DNA from: Podarcis cretensis
Lineage: Eukaryota
Assembly: GCA_951804945.1 (NCBI GenBank)
Contig: OX638156.1
Span: forward strand, 37,200,001-37,264,000
DNA length: 64,000 nt
Direction: 5' to 3'
In this document: one piece after another, positions 1 through 10,943 of the stretch
Numbering within the stretch: the first letter of the stretch is position 1
Layout: every line of letters begins with the position of its first letter
The notes under the pieces: model-generated
Seen by the model: only the letters and a program-made list of their open reading frames with translations
Databases searched by the model: none
Told to the model about the DNA's origin: nothing
Made by a program: the position numbers and the translations under genes

Positions 1-310
1 TGCTAGAGGACCAAAAAAGAAAAAAGAAAAAAAAGATTCATTTTCAACCACATGACATCAATTTATTTTCTAATTGAATGATGATTAAAATGTTCAAATG
101 CCTCCTGTGAAATATGCTGAGATTTGGAATTCTACCCCCCTCCAAAACACCAATAATAATGATAACATTTCCCAGGGATTGTGTATTTAAAAACCAAATG
201 ACTCAGTTCAATTCAATTGTATTGTACTTTTTTCTAGTATGCTATTGAATAATATGTTCTTGCAAATATAAATAAACAAGAATAACAAGAATAAAAATAA
301 ACTCCAGGTC

Positions 311-800
311 CCATCTGGAGTTTTGTGTCCAGTTCTGGGCACCACAGTTTCAGAAGGGTATAGACAAGCTTGAATGTGTGCAGAGGAGGGCGACCAAGAT
401 GATCAAGGGTCTGGAAAGCAAACCTTTTGAGGAACGGCTAAGGAAGTTGGGGATGTCATAGGACAGCTGTCTTGAAATATTTGAAGGGCTGTCCCATGGA
501 AGACGGAGCAAGCTTGTGTTCTGCTGCTCCAGAGGGTAGGATCTGAACCAATGAACTCAAAAGACAAGAGAGAAGATTCCAACTAAATAAACATTAGGAA
601 GAACTTTCTGATTATAAGAGCTGTTCAACCTTGGAATGGACAAGCTGGGAAAGTGGTGGACTCTTATTCATTGGAAGTTTTTTAAAACAGAGGTTGGGTG
701 GCCACCAATCAGCGATTCTTTACCTGTGATCCCTGAATTGCAAGGGGTTGGACTAGGTAACCCTTGCAGTCCCTTTCCAACTCTATAATTCTATGATTCT
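311..800 (+). mobile_element. CR1 LINE 3' fragment (ATTCTATG-tail type)
   Basis: Decayed RT C-terminus (gagttttgtgtccagttctgggcacc, cagaggagggcgaccaagatgatc); ends cccttccaactctataattctatgattct, the CR1 octamer tail. Confidence 0.9.
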
Positions 801-1851
801 AAGAAAGGAACAAACAGGAGCAGGCTGTTGCAGATGCCTTTCAAGTCCAGGAGCCAAGGCCAAGTGGCTGAGGGTGAACAGGAACAAAAGCTTTGCAAGC
901 TTCCAATCAAATACGTGAAGCACAGAGGGTGGGCCTGGCCCCTGGAAGCAAGAACCCTGCTTTCACCCAGCTCCAAGAAACAGTCTTGGACTTCGAAAGG
1001 GCCTTCCCAGCCCCACTGTGCCCCTGTGCGTGGCTCCAAGGGGGGCCTTGTTCCCCAAGGCGCTTGCATTTTCAAGCAGTGTAAAAATCTCTCTGCTGTG
1101 ATTGCAGAGACGGGTTGGATCTTTCTCTCTCATCACTGCGAAGGGCTCCCTGCTGGGTGCAATCAGGAGCATCAGCCGGCAGCACTGCAAGTCCTGGGAT
1201 TCAGGAGGAGCCACTTGCCTCGCTGAGACTAAATTCAGACACAAGTTTGTTATCAACTGCAGGCAGTATCACAAACACGCCCCATTTCAAAGCCTTTGCA
1301 AAGCATTGCAGGTTCTCATCTTGCTAACATAGCAGGGATTTTGCAGAGCCCCGGCAGAGAGGCATTAAAGTTTAAGCATCTAAAATGAGGTCCAGAGCTG
1401 GCCAATTCTCTGCTGGCATTCTTATAAATGTGACAGTTTCCAGGGTCTTGTCTTTCTTGGAGATTTTTCTCTCTGTGATTTCATTCCCACATTTGAAGAA
1501 CATATGCCTTCTTCAAATGGGTAGATGGTGGGCATAAATTTTTTGGGGGGAAGTGCTTAGGCCTTAATGTGTGCACAGACAATGATGATGTGTCCTCCAC
1601 ACTTTGATGTGATGTGCTAACATCCTCTTAGGGAAAAGTTGTGTAAGATTCCCCCGCATGCCTCTGAAGGAAACACAATTTCTCATGATGCTTCACTGAA
1701 ACTTGGCCAGCTCTGATAAGGGTGTGTGTGTGTGTGTGTGTAGCAAAGTACAGAATACACTTTGTATTCTTACAGATCTGGGGTAACAGAGTTTGGGGGT
1801 ACAAGGGCACCCATAATAACTGCTAGAGTTTGGGAATGCTAGAAATCAATA

Positions 1852-2092
1852 CAGTGGTACCTCGGTTTAAGAACAGCCCTGTTTACGAACTGTTCAGTCT
1901 AAGAACTCTGCAAAACTGGAAGTGGTGCCCCGGTTTGTGAACTTTACCTCGGTCTAAGAACGGAAGCCAAATGATGGAAGGGCACCAGCGGTGGGAGGCC
2001 TCATTAGAGAAAGCACGCCTCGGTTTAAGAATGGTTTTGGTTTAAGAATGGACTTCCGGAATGGATTAAGTACGTAAACCGAGGTACCACTG
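1852..2092. mobile_element. Tc1/mariner-pogo (Tigger-like) MITE
   Basis: Perfect 18-bp TIR CAGTGGTACCTCGGTTTA / TAAACCGAGGTACCACTG flanked by TA at 1850-51 and 2093-94. Confidence 0.9.
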
Positions 2093-2166
2093 TAGATGGT
2101 AGAATTTAGATAACATTTGGAGTATTGAAGGGAAGTTGCCAGAGGTTAGCTTTAAAATGCAGACTA

Positions 2167-2600
2167 GACTTCCGGGTCAGCGCCATCGGCTAATGGCGGA
2201 TTCCCTCCGAGCTCCGGAGGGAATCGGCTCCACAGGATCGGGTCTTGTCCGCGGCGGCGACGCGGGGACCCTTAAAAATCACAGGCGCGGATGCCTGTGA
2301 ATGTGGTGACTCGGCGGGCGCCATTTACGCCCCCCAAGCTGTGAAGGAGCCTTTTTAAAGGCTCCGGAACGGGGATGGGGTGCGGCGCGGTGCTGTGAGT
2401 AAACTGATCCTTCTGCGGAGTGAAGCCGCAAGCCATTGTCGGAGAGCGCTGAATTTTTCCTTGAACAATTGGACTCTAAAGTAACAACCCGTGAGTAATA
2501 TGGAATTTGGAATTTAAAGAAAACTCTTGTTGAATCAGGACGAGCGGGGAAGGGTTAAAAAGGAAGTCCGCCCCCCCCTTTGTAAATAATTTAAAGCAAA
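2167..2600 (+). promoter_or_regulatory. Internal CpG-rich Pol II promoter of the L1-derived element
   Basis: High CpG density against a CpG-poor background; ETS core CTTCCGG at the 5' end; opposed YY1 cores CGCCAT 2181-86 and ATGGCG 2193-98; GGAAGT and GC-box near 2560-2575. Confidence 0.6.
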
Positions 2601-2968
2601 GAACCTGCTATCTAAGGTCGAGAGAAACCTTTTTTTTCTTTTTCTAAAGACTTTAACCTTCATGGTTTGACACTATAAGAAATTTTACTGGAGGATAAAA
2701 GATTAACGTTGGGGAAGTTTCACCCCCCGGACCCAGGAGCGTCCCACGGGAGAGCCTGTTGATGAAGTTTTGAAGAGTTTGACAGCTGTCAAATTGGCTG
2801 TCAGAAGGAAAAAGAGAACTTTGTTTCTGTTGTTTCTGCTGGTTATATTTGTTACAATTTGTTGAAAATAAGGAAGGGCTGATACAAACTAACTTGATTA
2901 TTGGATTTGAGCTGAAAGACATTAAGGAACTAAAATCCCCCTAGAGGGGGTTTAGGGACATTACAAGA

Positions 2969-3514
2969 ATGGCTGGAGGAGGGAAAATTCAGACTGAATT
3001 GGAAAGAACATTTGTTCTCTTGGGAAAGTTACAAGGTGAAATCAATGTTTTGGCTACAAGCGTCACAACTCTGGTCTTAACAGCAAACAATATTGTTGAA
3101 GTTGATAAGGACCTGAAGCAGGAAGCTTATACAATTGGACAGATAGAGAAACTTGAGAGCCATGAGAATATGGAGAAGGAGACATATGTTGAAGAAAAGG
3201 AAGGAGGAGCTGTAACTTCGCAGATTTTAAAGGAGTGCTGCAACTTGTGGCCTGACATGAAGGAGAATAAAAATTTGAGGTGGAAAGTCTGGCCTGAATT
3301 GGAGAGTGCAAAATTGAGAGACCCTCTTATGTGGGGATCTGAAGACCGAAGGATTATAAATTTGACCAAGGTGGAAGCTGGAGCCATGGGGACATTTGGA
3401 CTTGAAAGGAGCATGAAACAAGATTTGGAGTACCCCATAGGCTTTACCTTTAAGCATGGAGGACTGTTTGGAAAAAATATGGATCCTGTTGGGCTGGATC
3501 CTGTTGGGGTCTAA
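2969..3514 (+). CDS. 181-aa shortened L1 ORF1p-like protein
   Basis: Intact ATG-to-stop ORF with a heptad-like N-terminus; KENKNLRWKVWPE resembles the ORF1 NLRxxGxPE motif at the RRM start; YPIGFTFKHGG resembles the C-terminal domain motif. Confidence 0.6.
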   Translation: MAGGGKIQTELERTFVLLGKLQGEINVLATSVTTLVLTANNIVEVDKDLKQEAYTIGQIEKLESHENMEKETYVEEKEGGAVTSQILKECCNLWPDMKENKNLRWKVWPELESAKLRDPLMWGSEDRRIINLTKVEAGAMGTFGLERSMKQDLEYPIGFTFKHGGLFGKNMDPVGLDPVGV

Positions 3515-4155
3515 CATTAAGGACTATCAAAAAGGCCGGCAGAGAGGAATTGAAAGAGATTTAAGAGCCTCGGACGTGAGATCTCCAGGCTAAACAGTAC
3601 ATTAGACTGATGAACATTTGTTGGGGACTGAAACCGGGAAAGGAGCGGGTGGAGTCTGGGAATCCAAAGGGTACATAACTATAATTTGCTTTGTTCTTAT
3701 TTTGTTTTGCTATTTGTATGGAATTTGGGAAAGCCGTGGAAGGGAAATTTTGGTCGACTTTAGGAAAAATGTTTAAGAATGAGCAATGAGGTATAAGTAT
3801 TGAGGTTTAAGTTTGGATATAAGGATTTGCTGAATTAATAATTTAAATTGGAATACAGGAAGGGGAGGTGTGAGGAGGTCTGAGAAACAAGTTAAATGAA
3901 AATAAGTAATTGAAATTTTATGTGTTTTTTCTTTTAATTGTCTTTTTAAGTTTTGGATTTTTGTATTTCTGTTATTTTTTGTTTAATTTTTGTTTTTGTA
4001 TGGTTTTTTGAAAATCTTAATAAACATTTATTAAAAATAAATAAATAAAAAAAATGCAGACTAAACCAGAAAATCCCCTGAGGAGAAGGGCCATCAAGGT
4101 ATAATTACTGGACAGTGGCCGGTCATTGACCCTCTGCCTGAATTCTGGGTAAATA

Positions 4156-4394
4156 TGGTGGTACCTCGGTTTCTGAGTGTCTCAGAAGCCGATGTTTTGG
4201 GACCCAAACACCAAAAACCTGGAGGTAATTGTTTCCGTTTTTGAATGCGCCTTGAAAGTCAAAAGGCTTCCACTGAATGTTTTTCTTTTTTCTCCTTTAA
4301 CTTTGACAACCACCCTTGCTCCTTGGTTTTTGAATGTTTCGGAAGTCGAAAGGTCTTCTGGAATGGATTATGTTTGACAACCGAGGTACCACTG
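4156..4394. mobile_element. Tc1/mariner-pogo MITE
   Basis: TIR (tg)GTGGTACCTCGGTT / AACCGAGGTACCACTG with TA flanks. Confidence 0.85.
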
Positions 4395-4399
4395 TAGCA

Positions 4400-4785
4400 G
4401 GTTACTGAAAGTGTGATGTCACATAGGAAAAAGGTGTTCTTTTGAAATTTATAGGTTGGAGAAGAAGGGGGAAGACTGAATAAGCAGCCGTGAAGGCCAG
4501 AATCTTCTTGGCAAGCAGGCAGAGTGGGAGAGGGGCATGGAGATATCTGGAAATCCAGTGCTGGGCTGCTGTGAAAGATGGGCTCCTCCAGAGATGTGAA
4601 TGCTGTGAAATCTCTCTCCATTGAAAGCTCCCAGTCTAAATATGTGTAAATAAATCATATTTCAAAGACACAGCAGACTCCACTGCACCTCATTTCCACC
4701 CAAAGGAACACAAACCCTGGTTGAGTGCCAGGACCCCTTGTAATCTCATGCACTGCTCAACAGAAATTGGAGTGGCCAGTAAGAA
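4400..4785 (+). mobile_element. Old solo-LTR-like remnant
   Basis: Shares the tgtgtaaataaa..aaagacac..ctccact..aagga..acccc block with the copies at 8864, 22850 and 59326; ends uncertain. Confidence 0.45.
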
Positions 4786-4799
4786 TGTGTTAAAGGCTA

Positions 4800-5110
4800 A
4801 TGTTCATGCAGTGCATAGTTAAACTATGGAACTCCGTCCCACCGGAGGCAGTGATGGCCACCAACCTAGATGGCCTTAGAAGAGGGTTCAACAAATTCAT
4901 GGAGGGGGAAAGAGCTGTCAATGGCTACTAGCCATGATGGCCGTGCTCTGCCTCCACGGTCAGAGGCACCATGCCAGTTGCTGGAAACCACAGAAGGGGA
5001 GAGTTGCTCTGGTTCTCGAATCCTGTTTGTGGGTTTCCCACAGGCATCTGGTTGGGCACTGTGAGGACAGGATGCTGGACCAGATGGGTCATTGGCCTGA
5101 TCCAGCAGAA
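4800..5110 (+). mobile_element. CR1 LINE 3' fragment (TTCTTATG-tail type)
   Basis: ttaaactatggaactc...gatggccacc...caggatgctgga.cagatgg...ctgatccagcag; matches other copies in the window. Confidence 0.8.
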
Positions 5111-6067
5111 AGCCCAATTGAACACAAAGGGACTTAGATATGAGCAGACATGCACTAGAAGTACTGAGATGGTTTAGAAAATTCATATGGATTCCTGCAT
5201 CTAGGAAGGGAGCCCCCCCTCACCAGTGCTGCTCTCTCACACCCACGTGGTGAAATTGCACCCTGCAAACAGTTAAAGAGCCCTCCTACCCAAGCTAATT
5301 AAGACCCCTCCTACGTTAAGATAGCAAAACAGTTGGCGAGCTGAAAATGCAAAGATATTTTAAATGGTCTGTTCTATTTTTGGAGGGGGAGATGGGATTG
5401 CATTTCACTCCTCTTTTGCTAACCAGCAGCAAATTGAGGCCCCATCACCCCTTTGGTTGCTGTACCTCAGTATTAAGCTATGCAAGGTGGTCTATTTATT
5501 GACGTGTAGCTTCTGAAGGCTATATGGAAGCTGTAAAAACCAAGCAAGCCCAAGAAGCCATCTTCTGAGCAGAAGCAAAAGGGGGTTGCTTCAAATGGGC
5601 TCAACTGGAGTTCCCTCTCCTCCTGTAATTCATATGCTCTTCAGGCCTGCAGTCTTGAAACTATAAAAATCTTATTTCTATAAGGGCTTTATTGTTGCCC
5701 AGATAGTCAATAGTGTCATTTCTATTCAGATCGTTTGGTGGGGAAGTTGGAGGAAATGAGCCAGACAGGGGAGGGCTATAAATAAGGCTCACTTGTGTGG
5801 CTGCTGGCCCAACGGCTGGCTTTTGAAAGTGGCGGCAGGAGCAGAGATGTCACTTTGAGAAGAGCTTGGCTCGCTGTCATTTGGGCCATGGCTAGTGTGT
5901 CCCCCGTGAATGAGGGGTGCATTTGCTTAGAGTTCAGGCCACAGCAAAACCAGAACTCATGCTTTGGAAAGTGGAGGGGGGCGGGGAGAGAAAGAATCAG
6001 ACATCTCAATTGTACACAGAAAGTAGCACTCCAGATAGGGAGACAAATCACCCAAGATGCTTGACCC

Positions 6068-6524
6068 AGAGCTGGAAGGTGTGAAGAGGAGGGCAACCAC
6101 AATGACCAAGGGTCAGGAAACCAAGCCTTATGAAGCGGAGTGGTTGAGAAAGTTGGGTCTGTTTAGCCTGGAGAAGAGAAGACTGAGAAGGGTATGACAG
6201 CCACCTTTAAAGATCTGAAGGGCTGTCTCATGGAGGATGGAGCAAGCTTGTTCTCGGCTGCTGCAGAGGAGAGGATCCCAACCAATGGATTCAAATGACA
6301 AGAAAGGAAATTCTGACAAACTTTCGGATGGTAAGAGCTGTTCAAGAGTGGAACAGATTCCCTTGGAAGGTGGTGGACTCTCCTTCCTTAGAGGTTTTAA
6401 AGCAGAGGTTGGATGGCCATCTGTCAGGGTTGTTGTTGTTTTTAGTTGTGATTCCTTCATTGCAGGGGGTTAGACTAAATGACAGTCCCTTCAGTCCCTT
6501 CCGACTCTACAATTCCATGATTCT
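6068..6524 (+). mobile_element. CR1 LINE 3' fragment
   Basis: tgtttagcctggagaagagaagactgag RT-end motif; ends cccttccgactctacaattccatgattct. Confidence 0.9.
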
Positions 6525-6689
6525 TTGATTGTCTGGCATGACCCAGCAAACTCCTTGCAAAACATTGGCATTGAACCCACCAGTTCTTCAGCCAACAGAA
6601 CATACCTTCATAGGTGAGCCATTGGCTTGATCCAGCAAGCTCTTCTTGTGTTCTTATCTGGATTGAGCTCTGCTTGTTCACCTTTATTC

Positions 6690-7190
6690 CTCCCCCAAAT
6701 GACTTCTAGTCACTTGTTCAAGACTTCCACAGCCCTGGGATGAGTGGGTGGAGAAAGAACTGTGTGTGCCATCTGCATATGGATGACCACAAGTCCTCTG
6801 AAGGATGTTTCCTAGCTGCCTCATGTAGTTTTTGAATGGCGGAGTGGATAAGAAGGAACCTTGAAACACCTTGTGGGCCAAAGTCCACAGGCTGGCACAG
6901 AAGGCCACACTCAGACCCTTATGTCACCAGCAGCCCCTTGTGGGAGATCAACAGCTAAGGAAGGCTGGAGGCAATGCAATACTATGTCTACCCCCCACCC
7001 AAAGCCCAATTCAGCCAGTTGGCCCTGAAGGATACCATGACTGATGGTATCCAAAGCCTCTAAGAACCAGTAAGGAAGCCCCATCTCCCCTCCCCAGCCA
7101 TTCTTTGACCTAAGTGACTGCCATACAGCCATGGTTGTTCCTATCCCAAACCCAGGCCTGAGGTCAGGTTGAAATGGACCCAAATCACCA
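6690..7190 (-). mobile_element. L2 LINE RT remnant
   Basis: Minus translation PFQPDLRPGFG...ALDTISHGIL (compare FQSGFRPG, AFDTIDH) and YADG (YADD). Confidence 0.75.
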
Positions 7191-8620
7191 CCATCTAGTG
7201 CTCCCTGGAGTTGAGAAGGTATATCTATACTAGTCCAGTAATACTGGATTTCTCAGCCAGCTTAGTTACAGGCTGCATTTCCACAGAAGTCTAAACTCAG
7301 CCATACAATAATTAGAATGCATAATTGAAATCCTAATATGGCTATAGCACTAACGTTCAACAATTAACAATACGTTTAAAATATAAGAAATGAAATTAAG
7401 GGTGAATAAAGCTTCCCCAAAGGCCAGTTAAGACCCCAATGTAATCCTCAAGCTAATGGCATTTGTAACTAGCAACCCCCTTCTCACTTGACCTGGACCC
7501 CAAAGGTGGGGAACCCATCACAGTTCTTCCTAGCTTCCTGTTCCCTTGCAGAGGCCCTGAGGAAAGGATATGTGTGAAAGCAGCCACTTCCCACCCCCAT
7601 GGGAAACACCCCCATGGGAAACACACAAGTCTCCCCTCCCCTTATTGGAACCTGCTTTGCAGGAACCATTTGCATGGGGTGGGGTGTGTGTACACAAATA
7701 AATAAATTAATGAGTGAGGTGCCTCTCTGGGGCAACGACCCCACTTCCCTGACAAAACCCACATTGGTGTGAGGAGAGATCACCTGCCGGAAGGCGTCTG
7801 TTGGGCCTGGTTATTTGGGCAATGCCAAGTTTCAGATGGCCCCAGAAATGCCCACCTGTGATTTCCTCCCAAACTTGTGCTTTCATTTTCCTTCTGAAGC
7901 AGGAGACAGTTGTGCAATACAGTGAATAATTACAAAGGCCTCTAATTGCTTAACTGGGGTGTTAATTGTCTGCACAGCAACCCTCCATCTCACAAGCTCT
8001 TCCCTGCTCAGCACTTGAGGACTTGCAGTGAGTGGGCCACCCTTCCCCACTCCTGCAGGTGAAACTGAAAGGCAGGGAGGGGATTTTGGACATCCAACAT
8101 GTACATACCCTTCAGCCTTCCTCAGATGAAAATTGGGGCATTTCTCTCCCCCTCACAACTGACCCTCCTCGACCTCTCATTTTTGTCCTCCACAGGAGAG
8201 CATTTCCTATCTGAAGAAGGGAGAGTGCCGCCACCACTTCACTAATGGGACCCAGCGCACACACACTCCACTGTCCTGAGAAAACCCCTGAATCCTGATC
8301 TTATTTTATTTTATTATTTGGTAGAAATTTCAAAAGGAAAAACACACACCAATAAATAAATTTTAGAAAGGGGCAAGATTAGACCTGGATGCACAAAGCA
8401 CTTAAAAATAAATAAATCAAGACTCCTTGTGCTCTGATCCACTTCCTCTTTCTTCCCACCCAGGGCAGCCCTGCTCTCTGCCTGCACCTCAGAGCTGATG
8501 TGCCATAGGATACTGGGCCTCGGTGGCAGCGGCAGCCTCTCCGCCTCCTTGCTTGCTCTCCAGCACCACTTAAGTGTCCTTGTCAGCCTCCCAAAATAAT
8601 GAACTAGGTTGCAAGACATA

Positions 8621-8854
8621 CAGTGGTACCACAGGTTAAGAACTTAATTCGTTCCAGAGGTCTGTTCTTAACACGAAACTGTTCTTAACCTGAGGTACCA
8701 CTTTAGTTAATGGGGCCTCCTGCTGCCACCAGCGCAAGATTTCTGTTCTCATCCTGAGGTAAAGTTCTTAACCTGAGGTACTACTTCTGGGTTAGTGGAG
8801 TCTGTAACCCGAAGTGTTGGTAACCCAAGGTGTTTGTAACCCAAGATACCACTG
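8621..8854. mobile_element. Tc1/mariner-pogo MITE
   Basis: CAGTGGTACC...ATACCACTG with TA flanks; inverted paralogue of 30639-30864. Confidence 0.88.
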
Positions 8855-8863
8855 TACTACTAC

Positions 8864-9228
8864 TGTAAGTGATGGTGTTCTCCAAGCTAGTGGGTGTGCC
8901 TTTCCTCAACCCCATCACCTACCTGCTAGGTAGGAGAACAATAGTCAGTGTGGTGTGTCTGAACTGGAAGCAAGCTGGAAGTTGGAGGCACAGAGCCATG
9001 CTTGATCTGTGCTGGATCCAAAGCTGTGATTAATGGAGACACAAGATCCTCTGGGGTGTCAATGCTGTCAGCCCCCCCCCCATCTTCTTCTCAGGTTGTG
9101 TATATCTTTGCATGTATCCTAAAGACACCACAGTCTCCACTGACTTTCATTCCAAGGAAACCGAACCAGAGTAGGTGTGTGGTACCCCTGAAGTCTCACA
9201 CAGCTGGAGAGTGGGGTAGAATGTAACA
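8864..9228 (+). mobile_element. Old solo LTR
   Basis: TGT...TGTAACA termini; shares ctgtgctggatccaaagctgtga and aaagacacca.agtctcca..ttcattccaaggaaac with 59326-59800. Confidence 0.6.
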
Positions 9229-10672
9229 ATATCTACCCCAGAATGGGTCCATGGAACCCTTCATCTTTTTTTTTTATTTTAATAGCCGTAGGGGGGAATT
9301 TCTTCCTTATTGATTGCTTTTTGTAATCAAGTCTAACAAATGGAACTTCTCTTCAGTGATTTTTCCAGCTAACCTGATAGAAAGCTAACCTTGTTATATT
9401 TATTGACAGAACATTGAAATAAATATTATAGGTCTAGAGGGAATGTTTCATCTCATTGATTTTTTTTTTTAAAGAAACAAATGGAGCGCCTTCCTCTTGG
9501 CATTTTATGCTAAGAATCATCTGAAAAACTGCTCAGCTTGATCAAATGCAAGACCCCAAACATCTCCTGCCAACTCCCAAACTCATCTGGCAGTGACCAA
9601 CTTCAGTAGTTTCTAGGATTCTTTCCTTTTATCTTTCCAGGACACTGAAAGGAGAGGGGTCTTTGCTTCTTTGACCGTGGGGGGGAAGGGAAGAATGGGG
9701 GCTGAAGCCTTTGCTGGCTACATGTGAGAGGTTTCCACCTTCCAGGTGGAGGAGCAGGAGAGCATTTTGCCCATCTTTCTGGTGTTCCTGGCTCCACAAT
9801 ATCCTCTGAGCCTTTCCTGCTAGGGAGGGCAAATGAACCTTTTGCATGGGGTAGAGTTTTGAGGAATGGCATGGAAAGATCTCGGGAAGAATGCAGGCCG
9901 AGAGCCTCATCTAGGTAAATGGCCAGTAGGTGGGAGATGCACAAGCTCAGTTCCCTGATTCAGCAACACCAACAAAAGGCATCTCTGCTTCCCTCTGGTC
10001 AGAAACTCATTGTCTCAGGGCACAGAGAAGCCCCGGGTGATTTTCCCAGCCTGGATGTCCACCTTGGTTTCGCACAGCAAGGACAAGCTGGAGCTGATTC
10101 TCCTCCTCCTCCTTGGTTGAGGGTGACTTTCCCCTGCTTGCTGTCTCTGGCTGCAGCCTGGCCTGATTGGCAGGGCATCACCCGGCTAATCAGCCCTTGA
10201 CGAGAGGGTGCCTGGTGCTTGGACGCTGTGCTGCTGCAGTGCCCTGAAGATGGGAACTTGCTGGAGAGAGGGGCTGACAAGCTACAACAAAAACAGAGGG
10301 GGGAGGGGAGAGGAGGAGGAGGAGGAGAGAAATCCATTTTTAAAGATAACCTGGAGGCAAATATAATATTTATACTTGCAGCTCCCTTATAAACCCCCAA
10401 ACATGTCTAATGAGGTGCAATTGCAAAATGGCTGAGTCCTGTGCGGTGGCCTCCTAGGCAGTCAACACGGATCTTGAATTTTCAACTATCCAAGTGCTGC
10501 AGGCTAAACTCCTCGGATGCGCCTGGGAAGCGTGGCAGGCGGCCCTCCCTCCCAGTGGGATTCAGCCACAGAAATGCCAGTCCAGGGGAAATGAGGAGGA
10601 GGTTGACACAAAGAATTGCTTGGGCAATTAATGGGCTCATGGCCTCCTTGCTCCTCGGTGTATCATGTGGGT

Positions 10673-10943
10673 CATAAGAACATGAGAAGAAGAGCACAGC
10701 TGCTGGGTCAGGCCAAAGGCCCATCTAGTCCAGCACGTTGTCCTCACAGGGGCCAACCAGATGCCTGTGGGAAACCCTCAAGTAGGGCCATAGCAGAAAA
10801 GCAACAGTCTCTTCCTGTAGTTTTTCAGCAAATGGTCCTCAGAATCATGACTGCCTCTAACAGTGGTGGCAGAGCATAGATGGCTAGTAGCCATGGATAG
10901 CTTTATCCTCCTCCACGAATCTTTCCAATCCTCCTTTAAAGCC
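10673..10943 (-). mobile_element. CR1 3' fragment
   Basis: cataagaacat..gctgggtcaggccaaaggcccatctagtccagca, reverse complement of the CR1 tail. Confidence 0.8.

Larger units (their letters stand above)
2167..4050 (+). mobile_element. Full-length non-autonomous ORF1-only L1 derivative (HAL1-like)
   Basis: 13-bp TSD AAAATGCAGACTA at 2154-2166 and 4051-4063 at a TT/AAAA site; CpG-rich 5' end starting GACTTCCGG; single ORF; AATAAA at 4019-4024 plus A-rich tail; 3' UTR resembles the L1s at 26.6-29.2 kb. Confidence 0.85.
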
